The notes beneath the pieces are model-generated. The model had not been told where the DNA came from. It saw only the letters and a list, made by a program, of their open reading frames with translations, and did not search any database. From Styela clava (lineage: Eukaryota), in assembly GCF_964204865.1 (NCBI RefSeq), contig NC_135250.1, positions 19,220,001 through 19,284,000 on the forward strand: a stretch of 64,000 bases of DNA, given 5' to 3'. Below are positions 36,824-48,571 of the stretch, one piece after another. Both the position numbers and the translations under genes were made by a program. Position 1 is the stretch's first letter. Every line of letters begins with the position of its first letter.

Positions 36824-37801
36824 TTTTTTGACATACATTTGAAGGAATAAGAACTCATTTGGCGAAGTGTTACGAATTGGTGAAGCAACTCAATATTCTA
36901 GGTTGACGAATATATATATCACAAAAACGATACATGCCTACTTATTCAATTTGAGATTATTGCATATGGGCGTCAAATAACACTAAATGTCTCAAATATT
37001 AAGCAAATGTTTTATATACTAAATAATTTTTATTATATCTTTCTTCCTACCGCGGGTCAATGCCAATGACGTTCAGAGTTAAAGAGCTCAATCAATCAAT
37101 TAATAATCTTTACTTGTCATTTGGACGATATCTGTTCTATAGAGTTTATGCTATTTAGTATTAATGAAACTTCTACTAGCGAAGGCTCTGATAGCTAATA
37201 TACTTCAAACGACGACGCTCTCTCACTATAAAGCACAGTAGTCTATAACTATCCTCTAAAATTATTATTTTGCTAAGCACCTTCTACTGCCACGACAATA
37301 CCAGAAAATAATAAATATTGATGACATATGCCCACAGGCAAATTTGAATTAGTGATTATTCCGTGGACGGCCCCTATCATAGAAATGGTATTTGGAAATC
37401 ATATACGAACAAGTGTGAATTATAGATGGATGTGTTGGTAAAACGTGGTTCATCTATAGTTCAGTCTTGACCCTAGTAAATTTTCTTGATAGCTCTCTTA
37501 ATCGATCTACCATTTCTAAAAATTAATAAATAACGTGACACGCACTTGAAATACGCTTCCGGTATTCAAACATATCTATTATATTTTTATCTTCAAGTAA
37601 TTGTATAGATATTCTACTATGTATTAATAAGAGTAGACTTTGAAACTGTCTAGGATACATTCTTCCGAGAAATTTTGGTAATAGATTGCTCGGCATTGGC
37701 GTCTTTAAATGACAATTTTACTAAACGCGATTCTTCATCTTGATCGCCATGCCATGCGAAACTTTAAATTCTACCACTGAATTTCAAACGTTATTGTATG
37801 A

Positions 37802-38339
37802 CAGCGATGGCAAACCTTTTTTTTAATGGGTAAGGAATGATATTCGAATCAATGAGAAACGCCATGTTAAATGTTTTTTCGCGCGTCTTGTAATCATGGA
37901 ATGTTTGTGCGTTAATAACGCTACAGAAACCATTGTTTCAAAAATTTGAAAGTAATTCCAAATAAAGTCACTGCCAACCTGCCCCATTATTATTCCATAT
38001 TTCTGTAGTCGTTAATTCAAGTCTTTAAAAAAACATTCCGCTGCACCACTTGTTTTCTGCACGTCCAAAATGGAACCGTTGTAACAAGACAAGTTGCACG
38101 AAATGAACAGATCATTTTGATTTTGATCTCATAAAGATAAACGATATAGAAGCATTGTTCTCGATAGCTGCATGGCGGGACTATAGTACTCCATTTATCG
38201 TTTGTTTTCTATCATTTTAATAGTATATATTCATCACAGAAATATCAATATGTTTTTTGCATGATTCATGACTTGGCGGGCCACTGGAAAAACATGACGG
38301 GTCACTTCTGACCCTCGGGTCAGTGGTTCACCATCTCTG
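37802..38339. mobile_element. Old hAT/Charlie-like MITE
   Basis: Imperfect TIR cagcgatggcaaacc/ggttcaccatctctg and subterminal ggcgggccac...gaccctcgggtc motifs. Confidence 0.5.
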
Positions 38340-40744
38340 GTACATGATATGCTAAACAATATTTCAGTCCTCATTTTCACTCTGAACTTGTTCACGGACG
38401 CTCGACTCTAATGAGGCACAGCTAGTCTGAGTAATTTTGCGAATTTGTTAATTATTCCTTCTAATAACCCATGACTATCTATGAAGAAACACTAATGCTA
38501 TTTTAAAATGCCACGAAGTTCGGTGTTCAAAATTTTCCAATGCGCACACTAAGATTACTATAATATGGGACAACTAGATTGCTGTGGCTACAGGGACCTT
38601 TCGTCAACGCATAATGACCGTCATAAATACATTAGTCGTGCTGTTCAACAGGGTGATAATGCATAAATAGTAGGCGCTAAGCGCTGTCACTTAACATCGG
38701 ACTCCTCATGTACCGGTATGTCATATTTTAACATACTGCTAATCAGCTAACTCTCGCGGCACGTTAGCACAATGACTGATTAGTTATCACTTAGCTGTCT
38801 GATTAAATTCACTTTTACTGAGTAGCTAGCTATACATCAACGGAAACAGTTTCCAAATTGGCGCATGCCGATCAAAGCGTATAGATTGATTACAGAAAGG
38901 TACAAGCATATAGAACTGAAAAAAAAATCTTGACGAAGCACAATCTGTCCAATATGTCGGAATGACCAGAAAACTCCAAGTAAAATTTACCTGTTTTATA
39001 GAGTTCGAAATCCGTCTGAACGTACCTTACAGACGTTTTTAAACGAAGCATCATTTGCCAATTTTGTGATCGCGTACAAATGCAAAAGGTCATTTGTCTG
39101 GTCAAAATATTTCGTGATGAAATGGAGAATACGTTAAATTCGTTCGAAACAAAATTTAACTAACAAAGCAAGTGAGCGCCATTATGTAATTATCTTTATA
39201 TAGTTATTAAAAATGCGTTTTCCCAACTTTTCTGTTTTAACAGAAACGATCAGTAGTCCACGGAGAAAAGATTGAAACATAATTTACAATGAGATTGCAG
39301 AATCTCTCGCAGGAATAATGTTTCGCATGCCAATCGTTTAACTTTAAATGGTCTGTGTTTAGTTGTGATTTGGACTGAGATTTTGCTCCAAAAAATTATA
39401 ATGTAATTAGATATCAGATAAGTTTGATATATATAAAATATATTAAGGTAGATATATATAAAAAAAAAAGTGCCTAGGTGAATTTTATGCGTCATACTAG
39501 TTTTATCGACCATGTACACATAATTCTTGGAATTGTCAAACATTTGGCGATCTGTGTAGTCTGTGCAATAGTTTATATACAGTTTTTGAGACATTTGGGC
39601 GCACGGTTACCCAACCCTATGTAATATTACTATGCTAATTTTAAGCCAAAACCATAGTAGTAGACTCTACCGGAAGTGATATTTCAAATTCGGTCTCCTT
39701 TTGACGTCACATTTGACTGATATGACCATTACTCGCATCATTCATTCACGTTGAAGATGCCTCGTCGCATTGAATCGTGATAAAAATTGAAAATAAAAAA
39801 CTCTACACGATGCTTTACACAAATTTTGTGGGAAAGGAGAAAATTATGTAAATATTTTTCCATGAAGAAATCGCTGTTTAATGAGGTATAGATCGAACAG
39901 GAAATATGACCCATATTTAATAGTATAACGAAACCTATTTTACAATGGAGTTATACCAAATTTTAATATGTCGATGTTAAGTTATTATGCCAACATTTAT
40001 AGTCTGCTTTTTTAAGAATTGAAAACATAATTTAAAATGTAGTTCAAAATCAAATTATAGAAGTCACACGTTTTATATATATTTATATAATTAACAGGAT
40101 TTGAATATCTTTAGCATGCAAATATGATAGTACATGGTTTACTGACTGAAAAGCAATAAACTTAATGAATTCCGGTATTTTCACTTCACGCAATTAAATT
40201 TTCTCCCTTCCAAAATTTCCTTTTAATTGTGCAAATTTTCTCAATCGCCAAGAAAATTTATGCCATCAGTGCTACTTTGTGAAATTCATTGTCACCCAGA
40301 TAATTTTTGAGTGTTCACGTTTAACGCTTTAAGTCAATTCGTGATTTTGTTTTGGACGAAAACAAAATATGTTTAGTTTTTAAATAATTCAGATCGGCTA
40401 TAAAGTTGCAATGTTATCATATTTTGTTATGTAGTCAGTCATAGTCAAGTTTATTTTTTCCATGTAGTAAAAAATAGCATACGAAATTGACAAAATACAA
40501 AATTGAACACACATATTTACTGGGGAGGGAAGTCGCGGGGAACCAGGATTGGTTATCGAGCGGCGACACCCAAATGTATGTATTTGGTTGGACGACATGT
40601 CGATTTAAAAATTTTCGACCGTGCCATACTGACACAAGATTACTAATCGAACACTCCTGGAATTGCACAGATAGCTGAGTGGAGTAATCTGCAAAATATT
40701 ATATACATGTTTCAATTATTGGACACGAAATGTACATATGGATC

Positions 40745-41040
40745 GTTATGTTATTATTATGATGTTGTTGTTCTTGTTGGTATTTTTCTCATTGTTGTTA
40801 TGAAAAAATCGCTTTACTCATTAACTATTGGACCGATTGCTTTGAAATTTTCAATGGTTAACGCTTGTATTTTTCGCTAGAAGTCTATCACCTTTATTTA
40901 TTTCATAACTTAATGTGAGCTCTATGTAATTCGTTTTTCACTTTGAAATTTTGTGTAATGAACTCTTCAAAATCAATAAAAATTATTCGCTGCGACCTCG
41001 CTCCTATTATTCCCGTGCTACTTTTTGACCGTACCGTGCA
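40745..41040. repeat. Helentron/DINE-1-like non-autonomous repeat, copy 1
   Basis: (tta/ttg)n microsatellite followed by aaaatcgc...tggaccgattgctttgaaattttca.tggtt. Matches 42810-43045. The class assignment is inferred from architecture. Confidence 0.55.
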
Positions 41041-41878
41041 GTAGCAGAATAGGCAAGCTACTGTATAACAGTAGTCATCAAACTTTCGGTTTATGGGGCC
41101 CGTGAGGAGGTTGAATATTATTTACGGAGCCCCACGAAAATATTATGAAGAAAAAAACGAAAAATTGCGACATCTACTAATCATTAGGGCATTACTGACA
41201 ATCTCTTGTGTTGCGAGCGTGCAGCTCTGGTGGTTCGGTTTGTGTCGTCATATAAGTATGTGTAATAGTCACTCTTGCTTTGAACAAACTCACTCCAAAC
41301 TTATTTGCTGACTAGGGAAACAATCTGTCTTACCATTCATATGATTGTAATGTAAAATATCAACTACAATCACCGGAACCCAGGCAATATTGTACTTTGT
41401 TATCTGGAATCGTACTGAAGCTATGCTGAGCATCATGGTTGGGGCATAGCTGCATATTTCGCTAGCGATTGTTTGATTCAATTTGACAAAGTGAAGTTAG
41501 ATGAACCGTTCAAACAATCAACTTCTGTCAATGATATAAATGTTGGTTAGCTTATTTGCATATATATAGAATCAAAATTTTTCAATAGTTCCAAATATAA
41601 TATAAAATATTGTTAAAACATATTGATAAACAGTCACTTCACGGATAGTTTCATCATGAATAATGACTTTCATGTATCTAACTGCGTCGTCCTATAACAT
41701 CCGTTATTTCGGCGATGATAATGTGTTCCGGAAGCGTATAATACATAGAGCCATTATTTTTTGAATTTATTTTTTCGCAGTTTTACCAACTGAGAAAATG
41801 ACATGACAGAATAGAATTGGACATTTGCTACATCAGTTTTATCGCGTTGAGGGCATACAGCACCGACAGCAGCAAGAA

Positions 41879-42564
41879 ATGATAATGATCATAAAGGTTG
41901 TCATCGTAACTATGCTATCTCTTAGTATTCGGTAAGTCTCGTTTTAAGTTTTGAAATGTATGGAAAACCTAATTACTGTACTTAAGATGTTGGCATAATA
42001 ACTGTTATTGATTCTCGTTTCAGTGGAAAGATATACAGAAGACGTGAGCCACACTTATTTTTATTTATTTAATTTAGCTTAATCGTTGGCTCCTATTTTT
42101 GTAAATTGTACGTAAACTTTTTGATCAAAGATAGCAAACTTTACACTGCCTCGAAAAGAAACAATTGTAGCTTTTATATCGGTTCATAGTTCAAAATATG
42201 CGCTCGTGTTCTTAATTAAAATTGAGATTGTAATTACAATTTATTCACATAGTGATAATTTGTCAGTTTAGGAGAAGTGATTTATGCTGCTTTACGCTAA
42301 ACTGTTGAACAATACTGTGCTCATTTGTCCAAATGGTTAAAAGTGAAATACAGTAATAATGCTGTAACAATGTTTCTGCTTTCAGGTTACAACGATGAAA
42401 AGGGAATTCATGGGCCCGCATACGATTATGTGGATGTAACGAATACCTACTATGATCACGTTAACAATGAAAAGAGATACAAACTGGAAGATTATATGAA
42501 CAAGGATACTGAAAAAGTTAGGAATCACTTTTACGACGTGGTATACAATGAATTGGTTGTCTGA
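41879..42564 (+). CDS. 83-aa Tyr-rich microprotein with a hydrophobic N-terminus. Exons 41879-41931, 42024-42043, 42386-42564
   Basis: Donors CG|gtaagt and C|gtgagc and acceptors gtttcag| and ctttcag| join in phase to give MIMIIKVVIVTMLSLSIRGKIYRRRYNDEKGIHGPAYDYVDVTNTYYDHVNNEKRYKLEDYMNKDTEKVRNHFYDVVYNELVV*. There is an in-frame stop upstream and a strong acceptor (ttttttcgcag) at 41780. Confidence 0.7.
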
Positions 42565-42809
42565 TAAACTAAGGTCGATTCTTAAGAAAATATTTAGACA
42601 AGCGTATAAATACAGTTGCCATGACTATATTTCATTATAGAAGTTTGATTTTTCACTCAAATATATCTAGCCTATACACAAAAAAATCTGATTCTTTCGC
42701 GTTGAAAGACCTAGTAACTAGTTGAAAGGCTCTGGAGTAGACGACTGGGCAGGGCAAAATTGATTATTGAGAAGGATTCTGCTTAGCCTTTTTGGACTCG
42801 AAATGGACA

Positions 42810-43045
42810 TAACGATCGTTTCAATGTTGTGTGTTGCGTGTTATGTTGTTGTTGTTCTTATTCTTTGACAATTTTTTAAAAAGTCGTTTTTCTCTTAGAT
42901 TACTGGACCAATTGCTTTGAAATTTTCAGTGGTTGAAGATAAAATTTTCTTCAGAAGGATATTACTTTTTTTTTGCTATGACGTCATCAAAATTACTGCC
43001 ATTAGGTGACGCTACGTGTCTATATATTATTTGAGCATAGCTCGT
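42810..43045. repeat. Helentron/DINE-1-like non-autonomous repeat, copy 2
   Basis: (gtt)n tract followed by tggaccaattgctttgaaattttcagtggtt, homologous to the copy at 40745. Confidence 0.55.
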
Positions 43046-45204
43046 TTGTTTATTTTATGGAGCGTTGGGGATCATCCATGCGACATGAAAACAATATAAC
43101 TTCACTTCATGCATTGCCAGAGTATTTTGCAAAATTAGATAAAATATTACAAGCGAAGATTTGACAGGTTACGGTTTCGCAATAAGAAGGTAATTTATTG
43201 AAAGACTCAAGAAAGAGAGAGAGAAAGTTTTTATTACCACAAACAATATCAACACTATGATGCATTCGAAGCCACCAAAATAATATAATTCAACAATAAT
43301 TGGTTGATCACTTTTTGTGAGGGTCAATATACAAGATCGGTTAGGTCGCCGAAGCTCCTGGCCCATAGCCTACTGTATTTAAGAAATCAATCAGATATGG
43401 TATCAGCGATGAAACATGGATTAAATATATACCGGAATGTTCGAGTCAATTTAATATTTTAAAGTTAATAATGCAAGTTGTGATGTTAATAAGTCACGTG
43501 AAGTTTTGAATCAGGACATGTCCATAGAATCGAGACAATTATCAAGAGTGTATATTCAGTTATTACAATTATTTATAATAGTTTTTGGGATTAAATATTC
43601 ATTGGATAAGTAACGGGTTCGACTACAAGGAGAAAAAATTATGAGGCAATCGGGTTTTCACAGATTCAACGAAATTTATAATACAGTGTCCGGCACATTT
43701 ATTTTAAAATATTAAACTCAAGACATATTGAGATATTAGAACAACTTTGAGTATTTATGTAAAAAAACGTTTTTATTTTTTTGAAAACAAGCACATAACT
43801 TTTTTCAATTGAAACATTGCCCCAAACCTGTACACCTATATATATATACTACTATATAAAAATATGTTTTGTCCACCTCAGTGTACACTTGCGGAATAAA
43901 ATAGCGTGTTTAATGAAGACCTGGTGCAGTAATATTGCACTTTTTGTAATGGGATGAAATAGTGCTACAAGGCTGGGCGCTTGAGGCCATTTAAATACCT
44001 ATGCATAAACTTCGCAATTTATATTGTATACCTATCCAAATACTTCAGGAATTCCATGCTGGTGGTAGAGCTTTAAATTGGTTACATGACTTATCACTGT
44101 AAATTCATTCTTGGACAAGTGAAATATGTTTATTATCCGGATGCTATTCTGGTACCATGCTGGTTATAGAGTCTTAATAAGTTCAAATTTTGAAAATCAG
44201 ATATGATACTGTAATTGTTCTCGTTACCGATAGTTCAAACCATCGTAGCCTATACCACGTCCTCCTTAAAAAACTTTCGTAGGCGACCATTGTCGGATTA
44301 GGATTTCAGCAAGTAATTATCTGTACTTGGAGAAAGTTAGCTACAGTATTTGGTTTGAGACGTTCTATCGACTGAAGAAATAAGCAAAAGATGAACAAAG
44401 TTTGTTTGGCTACTTATTACCAACTTCCCAATTGTAAATTCACTTTTCCAAATTATTATTTACGCTTTAGAGCGAAACCCATAATTAGGACTTCAATGCG
44501 ACTCAAATATAAGTGAGTATGATAAAAATATAAGTTTACTAATACTGATCAGTGCGAAGGTCATCGAGGACCCATGTAGCCTACTTGGAAATTTAATGAT
44601 GACATTTGCATAACAGGACTTCACCTAAATGTCTTTACGCTGATATAACTATGCTGATACCAACGGCCAGCCACGCCTAAATTTACTGAAGTTAATGAGA
44701 ATTAAATTTGTTGCAGAAATTACAGATTTCATATCAAGCGCGCTCCGTCGCCTAATTCACAATTTACCAGAAACTGATATTGTCTCATATGGAATTCCAA
44801 GTTCGTTTTGAAAATATTTCAACAATGGCATAATAATATGCATCATAAGTTCATTCATACGAGACGTCAGACTAGAACATCATCTGAGAATTATAAGATT
44901 GAGTATTTATACGCGTTTTTAGAATTATATAATAATTGATATGGTCGACCTGTGATAAGCAAGGTCTTTCTAATATTTTCACCTCGAATATCTTGTGTTT
45001 AGACTTAGAGTTATCTACAGTCGATACTGCAAAACTCAGCCACTTCACCAAACAGCACATTTACTTATAGTGTTACTAAGTGTTACTAAGAATCAGTCCT
45101 TAAAAACAGTTACTGTATATTTCAAAAAGTTCTCGTTGTTAGCATGAAACGCGAGAAATATAAAGTGTGGAACACTAGCTGGACGTTTAAACGTGATGAT
45201 ATCA

Positions 45205-45385
45205 AGAGTTATGGACCTTTCCCCGACCTTTGACCCCCGAAAAATTCTTTTCATACTTTACCATTGGAAAATTTTTGGGGATATTTTAAAAGTGCTTTTG
45301 CGAGTTGGCGCCTGTAAAATGGGGTATGTGTTTCAAACCATCATTAGGATACATCGCATACAACAATCTGTTTTTCAAAAATACC
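45205..45385 (+). repeat. Dispersed repeat, with a second copy at about 59470-59620
   Basis: tggac.tttcccc.acctttgacc...accattg.aaaat.tttgg...ggcgcctgtaaa.tggggtat...tttcaa.ccatcatt...caacaatct.tttttc is shared by both copies. Confidence 0.7.
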
Positions 45386-46102
45386 AGTAAAGAATTTTAG
45401 CCTGGTCTATCACAGCTATTTCTACACTAATTTTTATTACTGCAATTAAATTAAAACTCCCAGGAAGACAGAGTAATCATTGAGTTATTTGATTTACATT
45501 TAGATTTCCGAAACACAACTGAAAACTAACAAATAGAGTTCAAAAATGCGCAAACGAGGTAGTGTTTACGACCACGCTTGAAAATCTGTCTGGGTGAGAC
45601 AAGTGTCTGAGCGGATGCAAAAAGGGAGCATTGTTACGTCACTTTTTGCATCTTGCTGATTAGCCAATGTCACGAAGTAAACAAGGCAGTCGATGCTCTG
45701 GGAAAGGTCCATTCATTTTTCAAACCAGAATAAAATTTGCCCTAAACGTGAATAACATATTTGCAGACCTGTAGCTTTGTCATGGATGTTTTTTTTTTTT
45801 GTTAGTTCGACCGTGTTTATGAATGAGCTTGGCAATTCTGATATCTGATATGCTGAATACAAATTCATCCAAAAAACGTGATCGAATCATGGTTAACTGA
45901 TCATCGAATCCACCCTTCGGCATTATCATCAAATATTTTTACCGCGTGGGACAAAATTTTTTGTTCAACAGTTTCTCCCAAACGTCCCGGACTTGTCCAG
46001 CTTTTGTCTGTTGTTCCGATCGTCTCGCATTTGTCGTCTGATCGAATCCCAGTGCTACAGTCCAGCAGTCGGAGAAGCCGGCCGTACTTGAGCGGCTTGA
46101 TT

Positions 46103-48571
46103 ATGAAAGAATATTTCGCCGTAAATGGCTCTCGGAACTCACTTCCTGGAGGAGCTAGAATTGCTAAAAAGGGGACTACCAACGGATGGAATTCAGTATC
46201 AGAAAGACCTGTCGAGGAAGAAAGCATCGACCATCTCACATGCGAGGATGAGCAGATACCATCCTGTGCAAGTAACATAATGTCACCCCAAGGATCCGGT
46301 TTTCAACAAAATGTAGGATTTACAGGACTAAATAATCTCGGAAACACATGTTTTATGAATTGTGTGCTTCAAGCTCTCGCAAACATTCGGGATCTTCGAG
46401 ATTATTTTCTAAGCCACAATTTTCTTCAAGATCTCAATGAAGAAAATCCACTCGGCACTGGTGGTCGACTAGCAAAAGCCTTTTATACAACATTGAAAAA
46501 CTTGTGGTCTGGTAATGATACTTATGATCCAGCAAGGTTGCGGAATATTGTAGCAAAAAAAGCTCCTCAGTTTTTGGGAATTATGCAACAGGATGCGCAA
46601 GAGTTCATGTCATTCTTTCTTGATGCTTTACATGAGGATTTGAACAGAGTTCGAAATAAACCAATATTTGAAGTGGGTGATTATGATGGTTATCCAGATG
46701 AGGAGGTTGCGAGAATTTCTTGGAAATTGTATAAGTCTCGTAATGATTCGTTTGTAATAGATAAGTTTCATGGCTTGTATAAATCAAGATTGTTATGTCC
46801 TGTTTGCGAAAAAGAATCAATAACTTTTGATCCGTTTCTTTTTCTATCTGTTCCTTTACCTAAACCAACAAAAAGTGTTCCCGTTATATTCTTCCCATTG
46901 CTTGATGACACAAAACCTTTATTCATTGATGTCAAAATATCTGAAGAAGGCGGCCTTGCGTCAGATGTTTTAAATCACATCGTAAAGACTTATGGCATAA
47001 ATTCTCAAAACTTAAGAGTGTTTTTAACAGAATCTGGAAAAATAGTCAGAACTATTCCACCAAGTTCACTTTTGCCCTATTTGACATCACCAGAATCGCT
47101 TATCGTGTGTGAGATTTCACAATCTGAAGAACCAAGCCATGAAATCATTCTTATGCAAAAGAAGGAGACTCCAAAGATGGTTGATAATTGCGCAAAGTGC
47201 GGAAAATGTGAAGACGAATTGGGCTTCAAAATCAAGCGATGTTTGAAGTGTAAATCAGTCGGATATTGTGGTCAAGATTGTCAGAGATCTGACTGGCCTC
47301 AGCATAAGCTAAAATGTAATCAGATAAGATTTATTGGTTGTCCATTGTTTTTGAACATACAGTCATCAATGGCTAATTACCACAAAATTTGTGATATTGC
47401 ATATTCAAATGCAAGGCATTCAGTGAAAATCCTCAATGATGAAAGAATGGAAGGTATATCAAAGTTTGATGGATTAAAAAGAAATTTGAAAGAAAGTGAA
47501 AAAGCAGCAATAGCGTGTGCATATGTTGGAGACTCCCTACCTGCTTATATGAAACACGAGAGCATGTTTAATCTATACATTTGCCATGATGAAAAGCTAA
47601 CAAATATGACATTGCTCGAAAATAAAGCTGGCGAAAAAATCGATCTAACTGATGTCACACACTTTGTGATTGAGTGGAAAATTGGTGTTAATGTTGCAGA
47701 AAAGCCTTTACATTCAGGCATGAAATCTGGCAGGCATAATAATACAACCTTACAAGATTGTATACAATTATTCACAGAGCCCGAAGTGTTAGCCAGAGAA
47801 GAAGCATGGTATTGTCCGAGATGCAAGAAACACAGAGAAGCGACAAAAGAATTATCACTTTGGCAGCTGCCTGATGTTCTTGTTATACAGCTCAAACGAT
47901 TCTCTTTCAGGAACAGACTTTGGCGTGATAAAATTGATAAACTTGTCACATTTCCTGTTAAAGGTTTAGATATGAGTCCATTTTGTATAAAACAGCAGAC
48001 AGAGCCACCTGTATATGATTTGTTCGGAGTTGTCAATCACCACGGTGGCTTGTTTGGCGGACATTACACTTCTTTTGTTCAATTAGCGGATGAAAATGGC
48101 GGAGACACTGATCTTGGATGGCGTCTATGTGATGATACACATGTGACCACAGTCAGGTCAGAAAAAGAAGTTGTCACAAGTTCATCTTATGTAATGTTCT
48201 ATCACAGACGTAAAAAACAATCTGTTTTAAGTGGGGATTGTTTGTCTGATGATCAATTTACACAACTGAACATGCCCCATCATTCTAATGAAATAAAATG
48301 CACTAAACAGTGCTCTGAAATTAAAGACAGAAATGTGAAAGTTCCAAGACAATCAAAGATAGCCAAACAACCAGATGAAAAAAATTCACCCATCAATCAG
48401 AAAGCGTCACAGTCAACACTTAGTACAGATAACAAATTAACAAGTAATGATGGAAAATCTGATCGGTGTCCACACGAAGAAAAAAGCATTGAAATGAATG
48501 TCTCAGCTAAAGTCGATACAACAAAACAGGAAGCACCTCTGCCATATACCGATATGGATGCTATGGATTAA
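46103..48571 (+). CDS. USP19: Ubiquitin C-terminal hydrolase 19-like (USP domain with an inserted MYND finger), single coding exon
   Basis: Cys box GLNNLGNTCFMN, QQDAQEF, MYND CAKC..CLKC....YCGQDCQRSDWPQHKLKC, WYCPRCKKH, His box NHHGGLFGGHYTS and WRLCDD. A MYND finger inside the USP domain is characteristic of USP19. The first in-frame ATG is 46103; the ORF track start at 45878 is a GTG. Confidence 0.88.
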   Translation: MKEYFAVNGSRNSLPGGARIAKKGTTNGWNSVSERPVEEESIDHLTCEDEQIPSCASNIMSPQGSGFQQNVGFTGLNNLGNTCFMNCVLQALANIRDLRDYFLSHNFLQDLNEENPLGTGGRLAKAFYTTLKNLWSGNDTYDPARLRNIVAKKAPQFLGIMQQDAQEFMSFFLDALHEDLNRVRNKPIFEVGDYDGYPDEEVARISWKLYKSRNDSFVIDKFHGLYKSRLLCPVCEKESITFDPFLFLSVPLPKPTKSVPVIFFPLLDDTKPLFIDVKISEEGGLASDVLNHIVKTYGINSQNLRVFLTESGKIVRTIPPSSLLPYLTSPESLIVCEISQSEEPSHEIILMQKKETPKMVDNCAKCGKCEDELGFKIKRCLKCKSVGYCGQDCQRSDWPQHKLKCNQIRFIGCPLFLNIQSSMANYHKICDIAYSNARHSVKILNDERMEGISKFDGLKRNLKESEKAAIACAYVGDSLPAYMKHESMFNLYICHDEKLTNMTLLENKAGEKIDLTDVTHFVIEWKIGVNVAEKPLHSGMKSGRHNNTTLQDCIQLFTEPEVLAREEAWYCPRCKKHREATKELSLWQLPDVLVIQLKRFSFRNRLWRDKIDKLVTFPVKGLDMSPFCIKQQTEPPVYDLFGVVNHHGGLFGGHYTSFVQLADENGGDTDLGWRLCDDTHVTTVRSEKEVVTSSSYVMFYHRRKKQSVLSGDCLSDDQFTQLNMPHHSNEIKCTKQCSEIKDRNVKVPRQSKIAKQPDEKNSPINQKASQSTLSTDNKLTSNDGKSDRCPHEEKSIEMNVSAKVDTTKQEAPLPYTDMDAMD

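Noticed and set aside
45901-48036. Minus-strand ORFs 45901-46278, 46605-46820 and 47545-48036
   Set aside because: Antisense to the USP19-like CDS.
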